From contig JBAXLH010000004.1 in the NCBI GenBank assembly GCA_037134875.1, positions 1,233-65,232 on the forward strand: a stretch of DNA of 64,000 bases, given 5' to 3'. Position 1 is the first letter of the stretch. The number at the start of each line of letters is the position of its first letter. The notes below the pieces were generated by a model, which did not search any database, was not told the origin of the DNA, and saw only the letters and a program-made list of their open reading frames with translations. The position numbers and the translations under genes are program-made. Source of the stretch: a bacterium. Its GTDB lineage: Bacteria; Patescibacteriota; Minisyncoccia; Phycocordibacterales; DATDWN01. Below are positions 40,104 to 48,266 of this stretch, one piece after another.

Positions 40104-40509
40104 ACTTATCCACAGTTATTTTTATTTTGTCCTTTACTTGTCTTTTATAAGATATACAATTACATCAGAGCCGAAATAAGATGTCCTTAAGAAACTTTAA
40201 AGACGGATCATTTCATTGTTCTTTGTTTGTATGTGTTGTACATTTTTTGGTCTTGGCCAGACCCCTATTTAAAGAGGACCTTCTGGGTTCTACGGAGATA
40301 AGGAATAAACGACTTCTCACTATCTACTATATTTTTTTGGAGTCACGTTATTATCACTTTCTTCATAAGAGCACTGGGACAATCCTTTTTTCCCCAACCG
40401 CTCAAACACTTGCTTAAACTTGCTTGTCGTTGGGCGGTTTTTTGCATACCAAAAAGCCCAAATTTGGCGATCTCCTAGTTGAGGATCTTATCCAAATTTG
40501 AGCTTTTTG

Positions 40510-41982
40510 CTATTTAACGTAGTGTTTTCCTCGTATTTTCTTTATTTCTTCCTCATCCGCCTCATCTTTCACCTCTTTTCCCTTCTCACCTAGTTCTTTC
40601 AATTCATTTTCCGGCATATGTATGAGTTCCACTGCTCTATTCTCCAGATATTCTTCAGTATTTTTCTTTGGATCTTCCAAGACTTCCTCGAGGAGTGCGT
40701 GCAGAGTCCAACCAATTCTTGGTCCAGGTGTTACATGTGTAACATCCATTATTTTTTTGCCATCTATTTTGAGCATTCCAACTGAAATCGGATCTCTCAG
40801 AGCCTCTTCTATCATCGAATGATATTTTCGCAGACGATACGGATCTTCTTTGGGTCTACCAGTGCCTATACGGTCGCATATGCGTACATTCATAAGATCC
40901 CATATATTTTCCCGTCCAACATTTACAATCATTCTACGGACCGCTGAGAGCGTAATTTGCTCGGTGTCAGAAAAGAACATATGCCACCGTGCCATTTTTG
41001 TAACTTTCTCAATAATTTTTGTCGGATATCGCAAATCATTTAGAATTTTCCGAGTCATACGTGAACCGACTACTTCGTGACCATAAAATGTCCATTGATT
41101 CTGCTCTTTTCCCCATCTGCGAGCTTCTGGTTTGGAAATATCGTGCAGTAAAGCCGTTAAACGGACTTCTAGAGGAAAATCACGATCGGCCCCAGCTTGC
41201 ACACTTCGGAGCAAATGTTCCCAAACATCGTATTTGTGAGCATGATTCTGGTCAATTCCTATTGTTTTTTCTAACTCCGGTAGTACATATTGCAAAATTC
41301 CAAGCTTTTTCATAAGCAAAAGTCCATCCATTGGTCTCGGAGACATAATCAGCTTTGTAAACTCATCACGGATTCTCTCTTTTGATATGTTTTGAAGCAA
41401 ATGCCCGTTCTCTGCTATTGATTTTTCTGTTTCAGGTGAAACTTCAAATCCAAGTTCTGCAAAAAATCTGACTGCTCGTAGGATGCGCAGGCCGTCTTCC
41501 TGAAATCTCTCTGTTGGATTCCCTACTGTACGAATAATTTTGTCCTTTATATCTTTTTGTCCATCATAAAAGTCAATTAGCTGATTTTTTGATACAGAGT
41601 ACGCTAGCGCATTCATTGTAAAATCTCGTCTCTGCAAATCGTCCTCAATTTTTTGACTGAAAACAACACTATCTGGATGTCGATTGTCAGAATACCCTGA
41701 TTCCATTCGGTATGGAGTCACTTCGACGACTTTGTAGAGCTCATTTTCTGTATTTTCGTCTACGACACCCACTGTACCAAATGTATTTTCATAAAATGTC
41801 TTGGGAAATATGGCTATAATCTGTTCTGGTGTGGCATTTGTGGTAACATCCCAGTCCTTTGGTTCCCTACCTAGTATGATGTCTCGTACACAACCACCAA
41901 CCAAAAAAGCCTCAAAACCTGCATTTTCAAGCATTTTTGTTACATATGAAACTTCTTTTGGTATTGAAAACTTTGTTTTCAT
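40510..41982 (-). CDS. cca: CCA-adding tRNA nucleotidyltransferase with HD domain
   Basis: N-terminal GGCVRD nucleotidyltransferase motif plus a C-terminal HD domain, 490 aa. Confidence 0.8.
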   Translation of the reverse strand: MKTKFSIPKEVSYVTKMLENAGFEAFLVGGCVRDIILGREPKDWDVTTNATPEQIIAIFPKTFYENTFGTVGVVDENTENELYKVVEVTPYRMESGYSDNRHPDSVVFSQKIEDDLQRRDFTMNALAYSVSKNQLIDFYDGQKDIKDKIIRTVGNPTERFQEDGLRILRAVRFFAELGFEVSPETEKSIAENGHLLQNISKERIRDEFTKLIMSPRPMDGLLLMKKLGILQYVLPELEKTIGIDQNHAHKYDVWEHLLRSVQAGADRDFPLEVRLTALLHDISKPEARRWGKEQNQWTFYGHEVVGSRMTRKILNDLRYPTKIIEKVTKMARWHMFFSDTEQITLSAVRRMIVNVGRENIWDLMNVRICDRIGTGRPKEDPYRLRKYHSMIEEALRDPISVGMLKIDGKKIMDVTHVTPGPRIGWTLHALLEEVLEDPKKNTEEYLENRAVELIHMPENELKELGEKGKEVKDEADEEEIKKIRGKHYVK

Positions 41983-42030
41983 AAATGAATAATAGCATTA
42001 ATTACAGATTTGTTGTATATTATACCCTAT

Positions 42031-42102
42031 GCGCCCGTAGCTCAATGGATAGAGTACCGGTCTTCGGAACCGTGGATGTGGGTTCGATTCCTGCCGGGCG
42101 CA
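42031..42102 (+). tRNA. tRNA-Arg (anticodon TCG)
   Basis: Cloverleaf: acceptor gcgcccg/cgggcgc, anticodon loop cuUCGga, T-loop ttcgatt. No encoded CCA. Confidence 0.7.
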
Positions 42103-42345
42103 CTAGGCTAAAAATCTCCCTGTTATGGGAGATTTTTTGCACTAGTGCGAGTCGGAGCGGGCACCAGTCGAGCACGACTGGTCGCGAGGTCAGGGTCCGA
42201 GGAAACTTTTGAGCGACAGCGAAAAAGTTATTCAGGACTCACATACTTTTTCAGCAGAAAAAGTGGCCGAGTCCTGAGGCAAAGGAAATTTCAATTCGAC
42301 GGAATTGAAATTATCCGACGTCACTAGCGCGACGTCACCAGAGGA
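42103..42345 (+). repeat. composite member of the element family abutting tRNA-Arg 3' end, copy G
   Basis: Contains the tRNA-linked 5' module cggagcgggcacc-[ccagtcgagcacgactgg]-tcgcgagg shared with copy H. Also core-like segments tttttcagcagaaaaagtggccg and ggaaatttcaattcgacggaattgaaattatccg. Confidence 0.5.
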
Positions 42346-42381
42346 TTCAAAAACAGCCTAACTTCAGCTTTTTTTCACTTG

Positions 42382-42452
42382 TGCGGGCGAGGAGAGTCGA
42401 ACTCCTACTATTTGATTGGCAACCAAATGTTCTACCGCTAAACTACGCCCGC
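42382..42452 (-). tRNA. tRNA-Gly (anticodon GCC)
   Basis: Reverse complement gcgggcgtagtttagcggtagaacatttggttGCCaatcaaatagtaggagttcgactctcctcgcccgca, 7-bp acceptor, T-loop ttcgact. Confidence 0.8.
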
Positions 42453-43114
42453 ATTAACTCATAAGACATCAAATCAATCCATTTCAAGACCTTAATTTTC
42501 AATGTCTTCTTGGAGATTATAATATTTCCGACTCCAAAAAGCAACCTCTTTGTCTTGTGTTTTCCTTGGATTACTTGAGTTTTATATAAATTATCCCTAG
42601 TTAAATCAAGCTTTTCTAACCACCAATTTTCGCATTTTTCTATATCAAGATCTGGGTAACATAACAGCCAAAAACGTATATTTTCTCTAGGAATATTACA
42701 ATATTTTCCCAAGAATTTTATAAATATTCCAAGAACAGAGTGATCAATATTCCCTATTCTCAGAGAGTTATTGTTATTTGACTTGTCCCCTTCTCCTACG
42801 TAGAGCATTAATGCTCCAATAAACATAGGGTCATTTTTGAATTTCTCAAACTGTACAGTTGCCTCCTCTTCTGCTAATTTATATTTTTCGGATAAATTCA
42901 GTCTCCTTTGTTTGTTCATTGAGATGATTTTTTTAGTCGAATTCTTTATATTTTCCTTGTTATTTTTCAAAGCAATTTTTTTTGACCATTCCTTATTTGA
43001 AAACCAATACGATAACATACTGGAGGATATTCCAGTTTCTCTGTTTATAAAGCCATAGCTTTTCCCAAGTTTTCTTAGTTCAATGGCTTTTTGTTTTAAC
43101 TCCTGTGATACCAT
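42443..43114 (-). CDS. hypothetical protein with N-terminal HTH; weak LAGLIDADG-like motif
   Basis: 223 aa. N-terminus ...KAIELRKLGKSYGFINRETGISSSMLSYWF is HTH-like. LYVGEGDKS is a weak, poorly aligned LAGLIDADG-like segment. The 3' end overlaps tRNA-Gly by about 10 nt. Confidence 0.3.
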   Translation of the reverse strand: MVSQELKQKAIELRKLGKSYGFINRETGISSSMLSYWFSNKEWSKKIALKNNKENIKNSTKKIISMNKQRRLNLSEKYKLAEEEATVQFEKFKNDPMFIGALMLYVGEGDKSNNNNSLRIGNIDHSVLGIFIKFLGKYCNIPRENIRFWLLCYPDLDIEKCENWWLEKLDLTRDNLYKTQVIQGKHKTKRLLFGVGNIIISKKTLKIKVLKWIDLMSYELMRA

Positions 43115-43350
43115 ATAAATAAATTATACAACAGTTCAATAATATACAGGTCTGTCTTTTTTACAAACTGTGGATAAGTCTGTGGACATGGGGATTAAAG
43201 ACAAGTCTTTGACTTGAGTCAAACTTTGGGACAGATCTGAGTCTGTTTCAAAAATACGGCTAAAAATATGAGTTTATAAAAAACAGACAGTCTTTTTTAT
43301 GTCTGTTTTTGAGAAAAACTGTAATTGTTTCACGTGAAAATATATTTTGT

Positions 43351-43403
43351 GTTCCACATGTAACTTTTTGGTTTGTAACGGTATAATTTGTTACATGTGG
43401 AAC
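43351..43403 (+). promoter_or_regulatory. 14-bp perfect inverted repeat operator overlapping the -10 box and start codon of yraN
   Basis: gttccacatgtaac (43351-43364) and gttacatgtggaac (43390-43403) flank tttttggtttgtaacggtataatttg. The TATAAT is at 43382-43387. Confidence 0.45.
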
Positions 43404-43823
43404 AAAAAGCACAAAGAACCAACTCAGAAACAAATAATTGGCAGAATTGGCGAGGATTGTGCGTGTGAATATTTAAAAAAGAAAGGTTTTGTAATTGTTG
43501 ATCGGAATTACCTCAAGAAGTGGGGAGAAATAGATATTGTGGCAAAAAAGGCCAAAAAGATACATTTTGTAGAAGTTAAAAGTGTTTCTCGGCCAATTTC
43601 CACCGAAAAGAGGGAAGTTACACGTGGAACAGGAGGAGAATATCGACCAGAGGACAATATGCATCCGTGGAAACTTCAAAGACTTGGCAGGGTTATTCAG
43701 TCATATTTGCTGGATAAAAATGTTTCAGATGAAACAGATTGGCAGTTTGATGTTGCAACTGTCTATATAGACAGTGAAAAAAGACTTTCTCGAGTTTTTC
43801 TTTTAGAAGACATTGTCTTATAG
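43395..43823 (+). CDS. yraN: YraN-family (UPF0102) endonuclease
   Basis: ...IGEDCACEYLKKKGFVIVDRNYLKKWGEIDIVAKK...HFVEVKS matches the YraN fold signature. Start set at the ATG inside the second repeat arm; the alternative ATG at 43347 lies upstream. Confidence 0.6.
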   Translation: MWNKKHKEPTQKQIIGRIGEDCACEYLKKKGFVIVDRNYLKKWGEIDIVAKKAKKIHFVEVKSVSRPISTEKREVTRGTGGEYRPEDNMHPWKLQRLGRVIQSYLLDKNVSDETDWQFDVATVYIDSEKRLSRVFLLEDIVL

Positions 43824-43848
43824 GGGATTGTGATATACTTTTTAAGGT

Positions 43849-44469
43849 ATGAGAGATTTTCTGAATTACTTTGGTCAACTCAGGATGTATTCGTTGGTTG
43901 ATCTTATATTATTACTTGTTGTTATTGGTACAGGTACGGAGCAACTCATTGGAGCTGTTGTTTTGCATATTGCATTTTTGGTTTTCCTCGAAAGTCGGCA
44001 TTCTCATTCGTATAGAAAACAAACGCCAGAATGGATATCCTACATCCTCGCGATTTTTGGTCTTGTGTTGTATGGGAAAATTGAAGGCTTCATATATTTG
44101 ATTTTCAGTTATTTGTACACAAAGAAAAACAAGGGTACTGCTTTTATGAGTCCGCTTGTGAGGGGTTTTCAGAACTTTTTTATAGTTGCTGGTATTATTG
44201 GATATCAGAATCCGATCACATATCTAGCCGGAGGATTGCTGTGTCTCAGAAATTTGGCAGGGGATTTGCGAGATACTGAAAAGGATAGGGGAGAGAATAT
44301 GAGGACGGTACCTGTTATTTTGGGAATACGGAAAAGTATCAAGCATATTCATCTTGTTGCTATGATTGCGACGTCGGTTGTTTGGTGGTCGCTCTCGTCA
44401 ATTTCTATTTACTGGCTTCTCTTGGTTATTTTGATTGAAGTTTCTACCTACTATCTGACACCGAGATAA
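43849..44469 (+). CDS. UbiA-family prenyltransferase-like membrane protein
   Basis: 206 aa polytopic protein with an Asp-rich motif NLAGDLRDTEKDRGEN. Confidence 0.4.
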   Translation: MRDFLNYFGQLRMYSLVDLILLLVVIGTGTEQLIGAVVLHIAFLVFLESRHSHSYRKQTPEWISYILAIFGLVLYGKIEGFIYLIFSYLYTKKNKGTAFMSPLVRGFQNFFIVAGIIGYQNPITYLAGGLLCLRNLAGDLRDTEKDRGENMRTVPVILGIRKSIKHIHLVAMIATSVVWWSLSSISIYWLLLVILIEVSTYYLTPR

Positions 44470-44519
44470 TTTGTGATTTTGATTTTTTGTGATAGACTGC
44501 GTATGTTAATTTAAGTTTA

Positions 44520-44590
44520 CGGGGTGTAGTATAGCGGTAGTATACCTGTTTTGGGAACAGGCGGCCCGAGTTCGATTCTCGGCACCCCGA
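44520..44590 (+). tRNA. tRNA-Pro (anticodon TGG)
   Basis: Acceptor cggggtg/caccccg, anticodon stem cctgt/acagg with loop ttTGGga, T-arm ccgag-ttcgatt-ctcgg. Confidence 0.75.
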
Positions 44591-44785
44591 CAATCAAAAA
44601 CGGAGTTTTTGTTCCGCCGAAAATCGAAAGCCGGAGCGGGTACCTAGTCAGCAGACTAGGTCGCGAGGCGGGGTCGCGGAAATTTCCGAGTGACGACGAG
44701 GAAATTATCCGTGACCGATTCTCGGCACCCCGACAATCAAAAACAAAGTCTCTGTTCCGTGACCAATTCTCGGCACTCCGATAAG
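44573..44785 (+). repeat. tRNA-Pro 3'-end direct repeats (att-like) bracketing element copy H
   Basis: The 29-mer cgattctcggcaccccgacaatcaaaaac occurs at 44573-44601 (tRNA 3' end) and identically at 44716-44744. A degenerate third copy ttccgtgaccaattctcggcactccgataag lies at 44755-44785. Confidence 0.8.
44602..44715 (+). repeat. element family copy H (tRNA-linked module: ccggagcgggtacc-[cctagtcagcagactagg]-tcgcgagg...gacgacgaggaaattatccg)
   Basis: Aligns with copy G after tRNA-Arg. It shows compensatory changes in the hairpin (ccagtcg/cgactgg in G versus cctagtc/gactagg in H). Confidence 0.55.
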
Positions 44786-44812
44786 ATTTTAATTATTTTC
44801 TAAATAAAAACA

Positions 44813-44884
44813 CGGGGCATGGTGTAACGGTAACATTCACGATTCGGGTTCGTGAGACTCTGAGTTCAAATCTCAGTGCCCCGA
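44813..44884 (+). tRNA. tRNA-Pro (anticodon CGG)
   Basis: Acceptor cggggca/tgccccg, anticodon stem cacga/tcgtg with loop ttCGGgt, T-arm ctgag-ttcaaat-ctcag. Confidence 0.75.
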
Positions 44885-45040
44885 CAAAAACCAACTATTT
44901 TTATAATATAAAAACACTTGACAAGTGTGGTATTTTTGTTATAGAATATTTCTGTCAGTATGGGAAACCTGCTGATCTTTTCCTGCCTTGCTTTCGGGCT
45001 TGGATGGGAAATGTAATTCCTCAAGAAGGAGGGACCAAAA

Positions 45041-45808
45041 ATGCAAACGGCATTTTGGATCCTCGGGATCATCTATTTCTTGATCGCAATTGTTTTTGCG
45101 GTCAAGAAGACCCGCGAAGTTTTCGTCGGGTCGGTCGAGTGGCCCCGCCGGTACTCCTGCCAATACTATAACAGGAGACAGTGGTGGAAGAAGCAGGTAG
45201 TACCCTGCCTGGGCCAACTGGCCCTGATAGGGGTCTGCTTCCTCTTCTGGGCAACCGTCGGGTTGCCCGCGTGGGTGGCGACCATACCGGTCCGCCGACG
45301 GCAGGCCTGCGAGGTTCAGCGGCGGCGGGAAGAGGATTTGGCCCGTAATAAGGCACGGGCTGAGCGGGTGGCGAAATGGCGGGCGGAGCACCCACCTGTG
45401 CTCTATTACAACAAGAACAACGGCGTTGTCCGTGTCGTCCGCAAGGGCGCCTACGACAACGCTGTTGTGGAGCGGGCTCGCCGGGTTCGCAATGGCGAAG
45501 AGCCGAAAGGTTGCTTCGTCTTCGCGGGTAATCCGGTCATCCTGTTTCTCCACACCTCGGCTGAGGTCAGGGTACCGGAGTGGTCGGCGGGGAAGCTGTC
45601 GGACTTCGACCGGCTCGTGGCAGGCGATTTTGGGCCTGTCGTCGTCGAACGACGGCGGGACATTCTCGTTACTTTCAGTTCGGGGGAGGCGGAACCTTGG
45701 ATGTGGGAACCCTATCGCCAGGGTTCCGACGAGAAGAGGAGGCTGGAGCAGGCGCTCCAGTACCTCCTTCACCAGGACGTTCCCCCCGACGTCCTCGCCG
45801 ACAACTAG
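45041..45808 (+). CDS. GC-rich (about 62% GC) hypothetical membrane protein, probable horizontally acquired cargo
   Basis: 255 aa with two predicted TM helices and an Arg-rich stretch. Composition is sharply different from the ~35% GC background. Directly 3' of tRNA-Pro(CGG), terminator at 45843-45868. Confidence 0.5.
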   Translation: MQTAFWILGIIYFLIAIVFAVKKTREVFVGSVEWPRRYSCQYYNRRQWWKKQVVPCLGQLALIGVCFLFWATVGLPAWVATIPVRRRQACEVQRRREEDLARNKARAERVAKWRAEHPPVLYYNKNNGVVRVVRKGAYDNAVVERARRVRNGEEPKGCFVFAGNPVILFLHTSAEVRVPEWSAGKLSDFDRLVAGDFGPVVVERRRDILVTFSSGEAEPWMWEPYRQGSDEKRRLEQALQYLLHQDVPPDVLADN

Positions 45809-45842
45809 TTCATTAAACCGAGCCTAACCGGATGGATAGGTG

Positions 45843-45868
45843 GCCCAGTCGTAGGACTGGGCTTTTTC
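45843..45868 (+). terminator. rho-independent terminator closing the GC-rich island
   Basis: gcccagtcgtaggactgggctttttc. Confidence 0.5.
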
Positions 45869-45913
45869 TTTTGCAAAATTTTTTGCCGTGATACTATGTG
45901 AATATTAACAAAT

Positions 45914-46225
45914 ATGCCATCTCAAACATTTATAAAAAACAAAGAGGACTTCGTGTGTGAAAAGTGCGGTTTTGCTGTGCAGGGAAATGGCTACACAAAC
46001 CATTGTCCGCAGTGTCTCTGGTCCAAGCATGTGGATGTTCATCCGGGCGACAGGGCAGAGAGTTGTGGAGGAATGATGGAGCCGATTCGTGTGGAAGTCA
46101 AAAAAGGTGAGTACACAATCATTCACAAATGCGAAAGGTGTGGACTGGAGCGACCAAACAAAGCAGTCAAAGACGACAATTTTCAAATGCTCGTGCAGAT
46201 CTTGGCGGAGAATGCACACAGATGA
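45914..46225 (+). CDS. RNHCP-domain zinc-ribbon protein
   Basis: 103 aa with CEKCGF...YTNHCPQC...KCERCG Cys clusters (RNHCP signature). Confidence 0.5.
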   Translation: MPSQTFIKNKEDFVCEKCGFAVQGNGYTNHCPQCLWSKHVDVHPGDRAESCGGMMEPIRVEVKKGEYTIIHKCERCGLERPNKAVKDDNFQMLVQILAENAHR

Positions 46226-46246
46226 TTATCTTGATATACTGTATGT

Positions 46247-47077
46247 ATGGAAGGACAAAAAGAATTTTTATTACCCGAGACGGTGGAAAAGGATGAATCG
46301 CTTGCGAGAAAATTGCAAAAAGATTTATTCAGAGCGTGTGAAAAAAGTAATTTTAATTTAGTTAGAATTCTCCGAGAAAAATTTGAAAGAGAATATCCAG
46401 ATCAGCTCGAGGGGGTTGAGGCTCTGTTTGGTTTTGTTGATTGTCTCAGAGATACAGACAAGTTGGACAGGGGAGAAGTGAAGCACAAGGACAGATCAAA
46501 GGTTTATGAAGAATTAACTCAGTATCAATTTCTCGTTAGTCATTTCATAAAAGAAAACTCGGAGGACAAAGAATTTCTCACTTTGTTTTGGAATGCGTTA
46601 CACAAAATATCAGCGCCTGGATATATACGAGAATTTAATATTTATAAACATGGAATACTGACACAGGTAGCAACGTTTAAAATTTTTGAAAAAATCGGTG
46701 AGAATCCAACAATGTCTCACCCAAAAGAAGATGCATTCAAATCAATCGATATGTGGGTTGGAGAAGATGCAGTGCAAATAAAAGGTGATGCGCGAGCTAC
46801 CAAACTCGAATTGGTTGAGGTAAAAAAAGAAGGTGTTGTGGGAGTACCTGGCATTATTATTGATAAAAATAATCAGAGCCGTTATTTCTCGAGTGAGATG
46901 TTCGGCAAAATCCAGAGATTTAAAGTAAAATTTGAAGAATACAAAAAATATTTGGGCAAGGAACATATCAAAGCCTACTTTTTGGTCATCCCGTTTTCAA
47001 TGATAGATCCAGTGACAGGAGAGCCCAGTGCCGAGCTTGTCGCAGAAGCCAAAAGTAAAATCGACCAAATGAATTAG
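46247..47077 (+). CDS. hypothetical protein
   Basis: 276 aa; no motif recognised. Confidence 0.4.
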   Translation: MEGQKEFLLPETVEKDESLARKLQKDLFRACEKSNFNLVRILREKFEREYPDQLEGVEALFGFVDCLRDTDKLDRGEVKHKDRSKVYEELTQYQFLVSHFIKENSEDKEFLTLFWNALHKISAPGYIREFNIYKHGILTQVATFKIFEKIGENPTMSHPKEDAFKSIDMWVGEDAVQIKGDARATKLELVEVKKEGVVGVPGIIIDKNNQSRYFSSEMFGKIQRFKVKFEEYKKYLGKEHIKAYFLVIPFSMIDPVTGEPSAELVAEAKSKIDQMN

Positions 47078-47126
47078 TCATATTTCTGGCTACATTTTTT
47101 GATTTTACAAAATAAAATAGGAAAAT

Positions 47127-47168
47127 CTGTCAAAAGTGCTTGACAGATTTTTCATAGTATGCTATCAT
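47127..47168 (+). promoter_or_regulatory. promoter with palindromic upstream motif TGTCAAAAGTGCTTGACA driving GC-rich RNA 1
   Basis: -35 TTGACA 47140-47145, 17-nt spacer, -10 TATCAT 47163-47168. The -35 is part of the inverted repeat tgtcaa-N6-ttgaca, which is also present at 58172-58186. Confidence 0.5.
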
Positions 47169-47175
47169 TATATCA

Positions 47176-47667
47176 GATAAGGTAGCTCAAGGACGGTGCC
47201 CCCGCCCGAGAGTTTAGCCCAAAAGGGCCTACCATCTACCGGATCCGCTTGGGGCGGTTCGGTTTTGTTCCAAGTCGCAGGACTTGGGACTAGGGGACAC
47301 TGATGTGCCAAGGGGTATGTCAGTGAAATGGCCGCCGGTCCGACCGGTCCTAGGAGAGGAGGATGGCGAAGTAGGGAAAGTACGGGTTTACCCCGGAAAA
47401 TCCGCCCGAAAAGCTTAGTTCGCCCTCGTGCGAACCACCTTCTCCCCGAAAACCTGTTGAGTTCCAAGGGACTTGATGGGTAGGGTGTAATGCGCACAAA
47501 CAGTGGCCACTGTTTGTCCGCGCGATCAGGGTCGGTTCGTCGTCAAGGCGGGCCAAAGGTCCTCTGGGGTTTCTCCCTAGAGCACGGCTTCAGAAGCCGT
47601 AGGTTCCGCTCCGCGGACCGACCCTGATCAACACAGAACGGACTCTTCGGAGGACCGTTCTTTTTCT
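47176..47667 (+). ncRNA. unclassified GC-rich structured RNA (~490 nt) with own promoter and intrinsic terminator
   Basis: About 58% GC in a 35% GC background with no convincing ORF. Long-range complementarity (gatcagggtcggt ... accgaccctgatc) and many local hairpins. Terminator gaacggactcttcggaggaccgttctttttc at 47635-47667. Confidence 0.45.
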
Positions 47668-47733
47668 TTATACATTTGCCAGATATGAAAATCCACCACA
47701 CGTGCGTGTGATGGGTTATTTTTTGTACTATTT

Positions 47734-48207
47734 TTACGCGAGGAAAATATCCACGCAATTTTTTTCAATAAATGTTGCCAGATCGCTCGACGATTTGCGA
47801 AGCTCGGAAATACGAGCGGTCGACCTTTCCCTGTTTATGTCAGTTGGTTGCAAATAAATCATAAAACCAGCAGTGGCGATGATTGGAATGAGTGACCATG
47901 TATCAATCGCTCTCGGCATACCCCCGTCTTTTCCGAGGCTCATATTATAGCGGGCGACTGCAATTGCCAGCTTGTTCAAAAATTGATCTTGTGCCAAGTT
48001 GACGGGTATCACGACCCATGGATATGGCTCGAGATTTTTTACATGACCGGCACAAGAACAGGCTGTTTTGTAGCCGATTTTCCAGAGAGTTTTGACGAGG
48101 ACCCTAATACCTTCCTCGACATAGTTAAAACCAATATATTCAAGATTTAGGTCTGGTTCGAGAGGGATAATCTCGTGGCCTTCAAAATCGAATTGCGAGT
48201 TGAACAT
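47734..48207 (-). CDS. hypothetical protein
   Basis: 157 aa, Cys pair CSCAGH; no family recognised. Confidence 0.35.
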   Translation of the reverse strand: MFNSQFDFEGHEIIPLEPDLNLEYIGFNYVEEGIRVLVKTLWKIGYKTACSCAGHVKNLEPYPWVVIPVNLAQDQFLNKLAIAVARYNMSLGKDGGMPRAIDTWSLIPIIATAGFMIYLQPTDINRERSTARISELRKSSSDLATFIEKNCVDIFLA

Positions 48208-48266
48208 TCCGCGCTCAATAATACGTATTTTCTGATCAAACGCAAGAATTGTTATCGAGATGTGTT

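Noticed and set aside
40181-40417. 78-aa ORF in the xth-cca intergenic region
   Set aside because: Low-complexity hydrophobic translation with no RBS, in a region of hairpins. More likely non-coding.
43169-43177. Second replication origin suggested by a perfect DnaA box
   Set aside because: A single isolated box without an AT-rich unwinding element or clustering. Retained only as a possible DnaA-titration or regulatory site.
47176-47667. RNase P RNA (rnpB) assignment for the GC-rich RNA
   Set aside because: It contains GGAAAGU-like, GUGAAA-like and ACAGAA-like motifs. Their order (GUGAAA before GGAAAGU) and spacing do not fit type A or type B RNase P architecture. No P4 pseudoknot partner is evident. 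Left unclassified.
47168-47758. Minus-strand ORFs (109, 68, 71 aa) across GC-rich RNA 1
   Set aside because: They are Arg/Pro/Gly-rich translations typical of spurious ORFs on GC-rich non-coding sequence. They overlap one another and the promoter and terminator signals.
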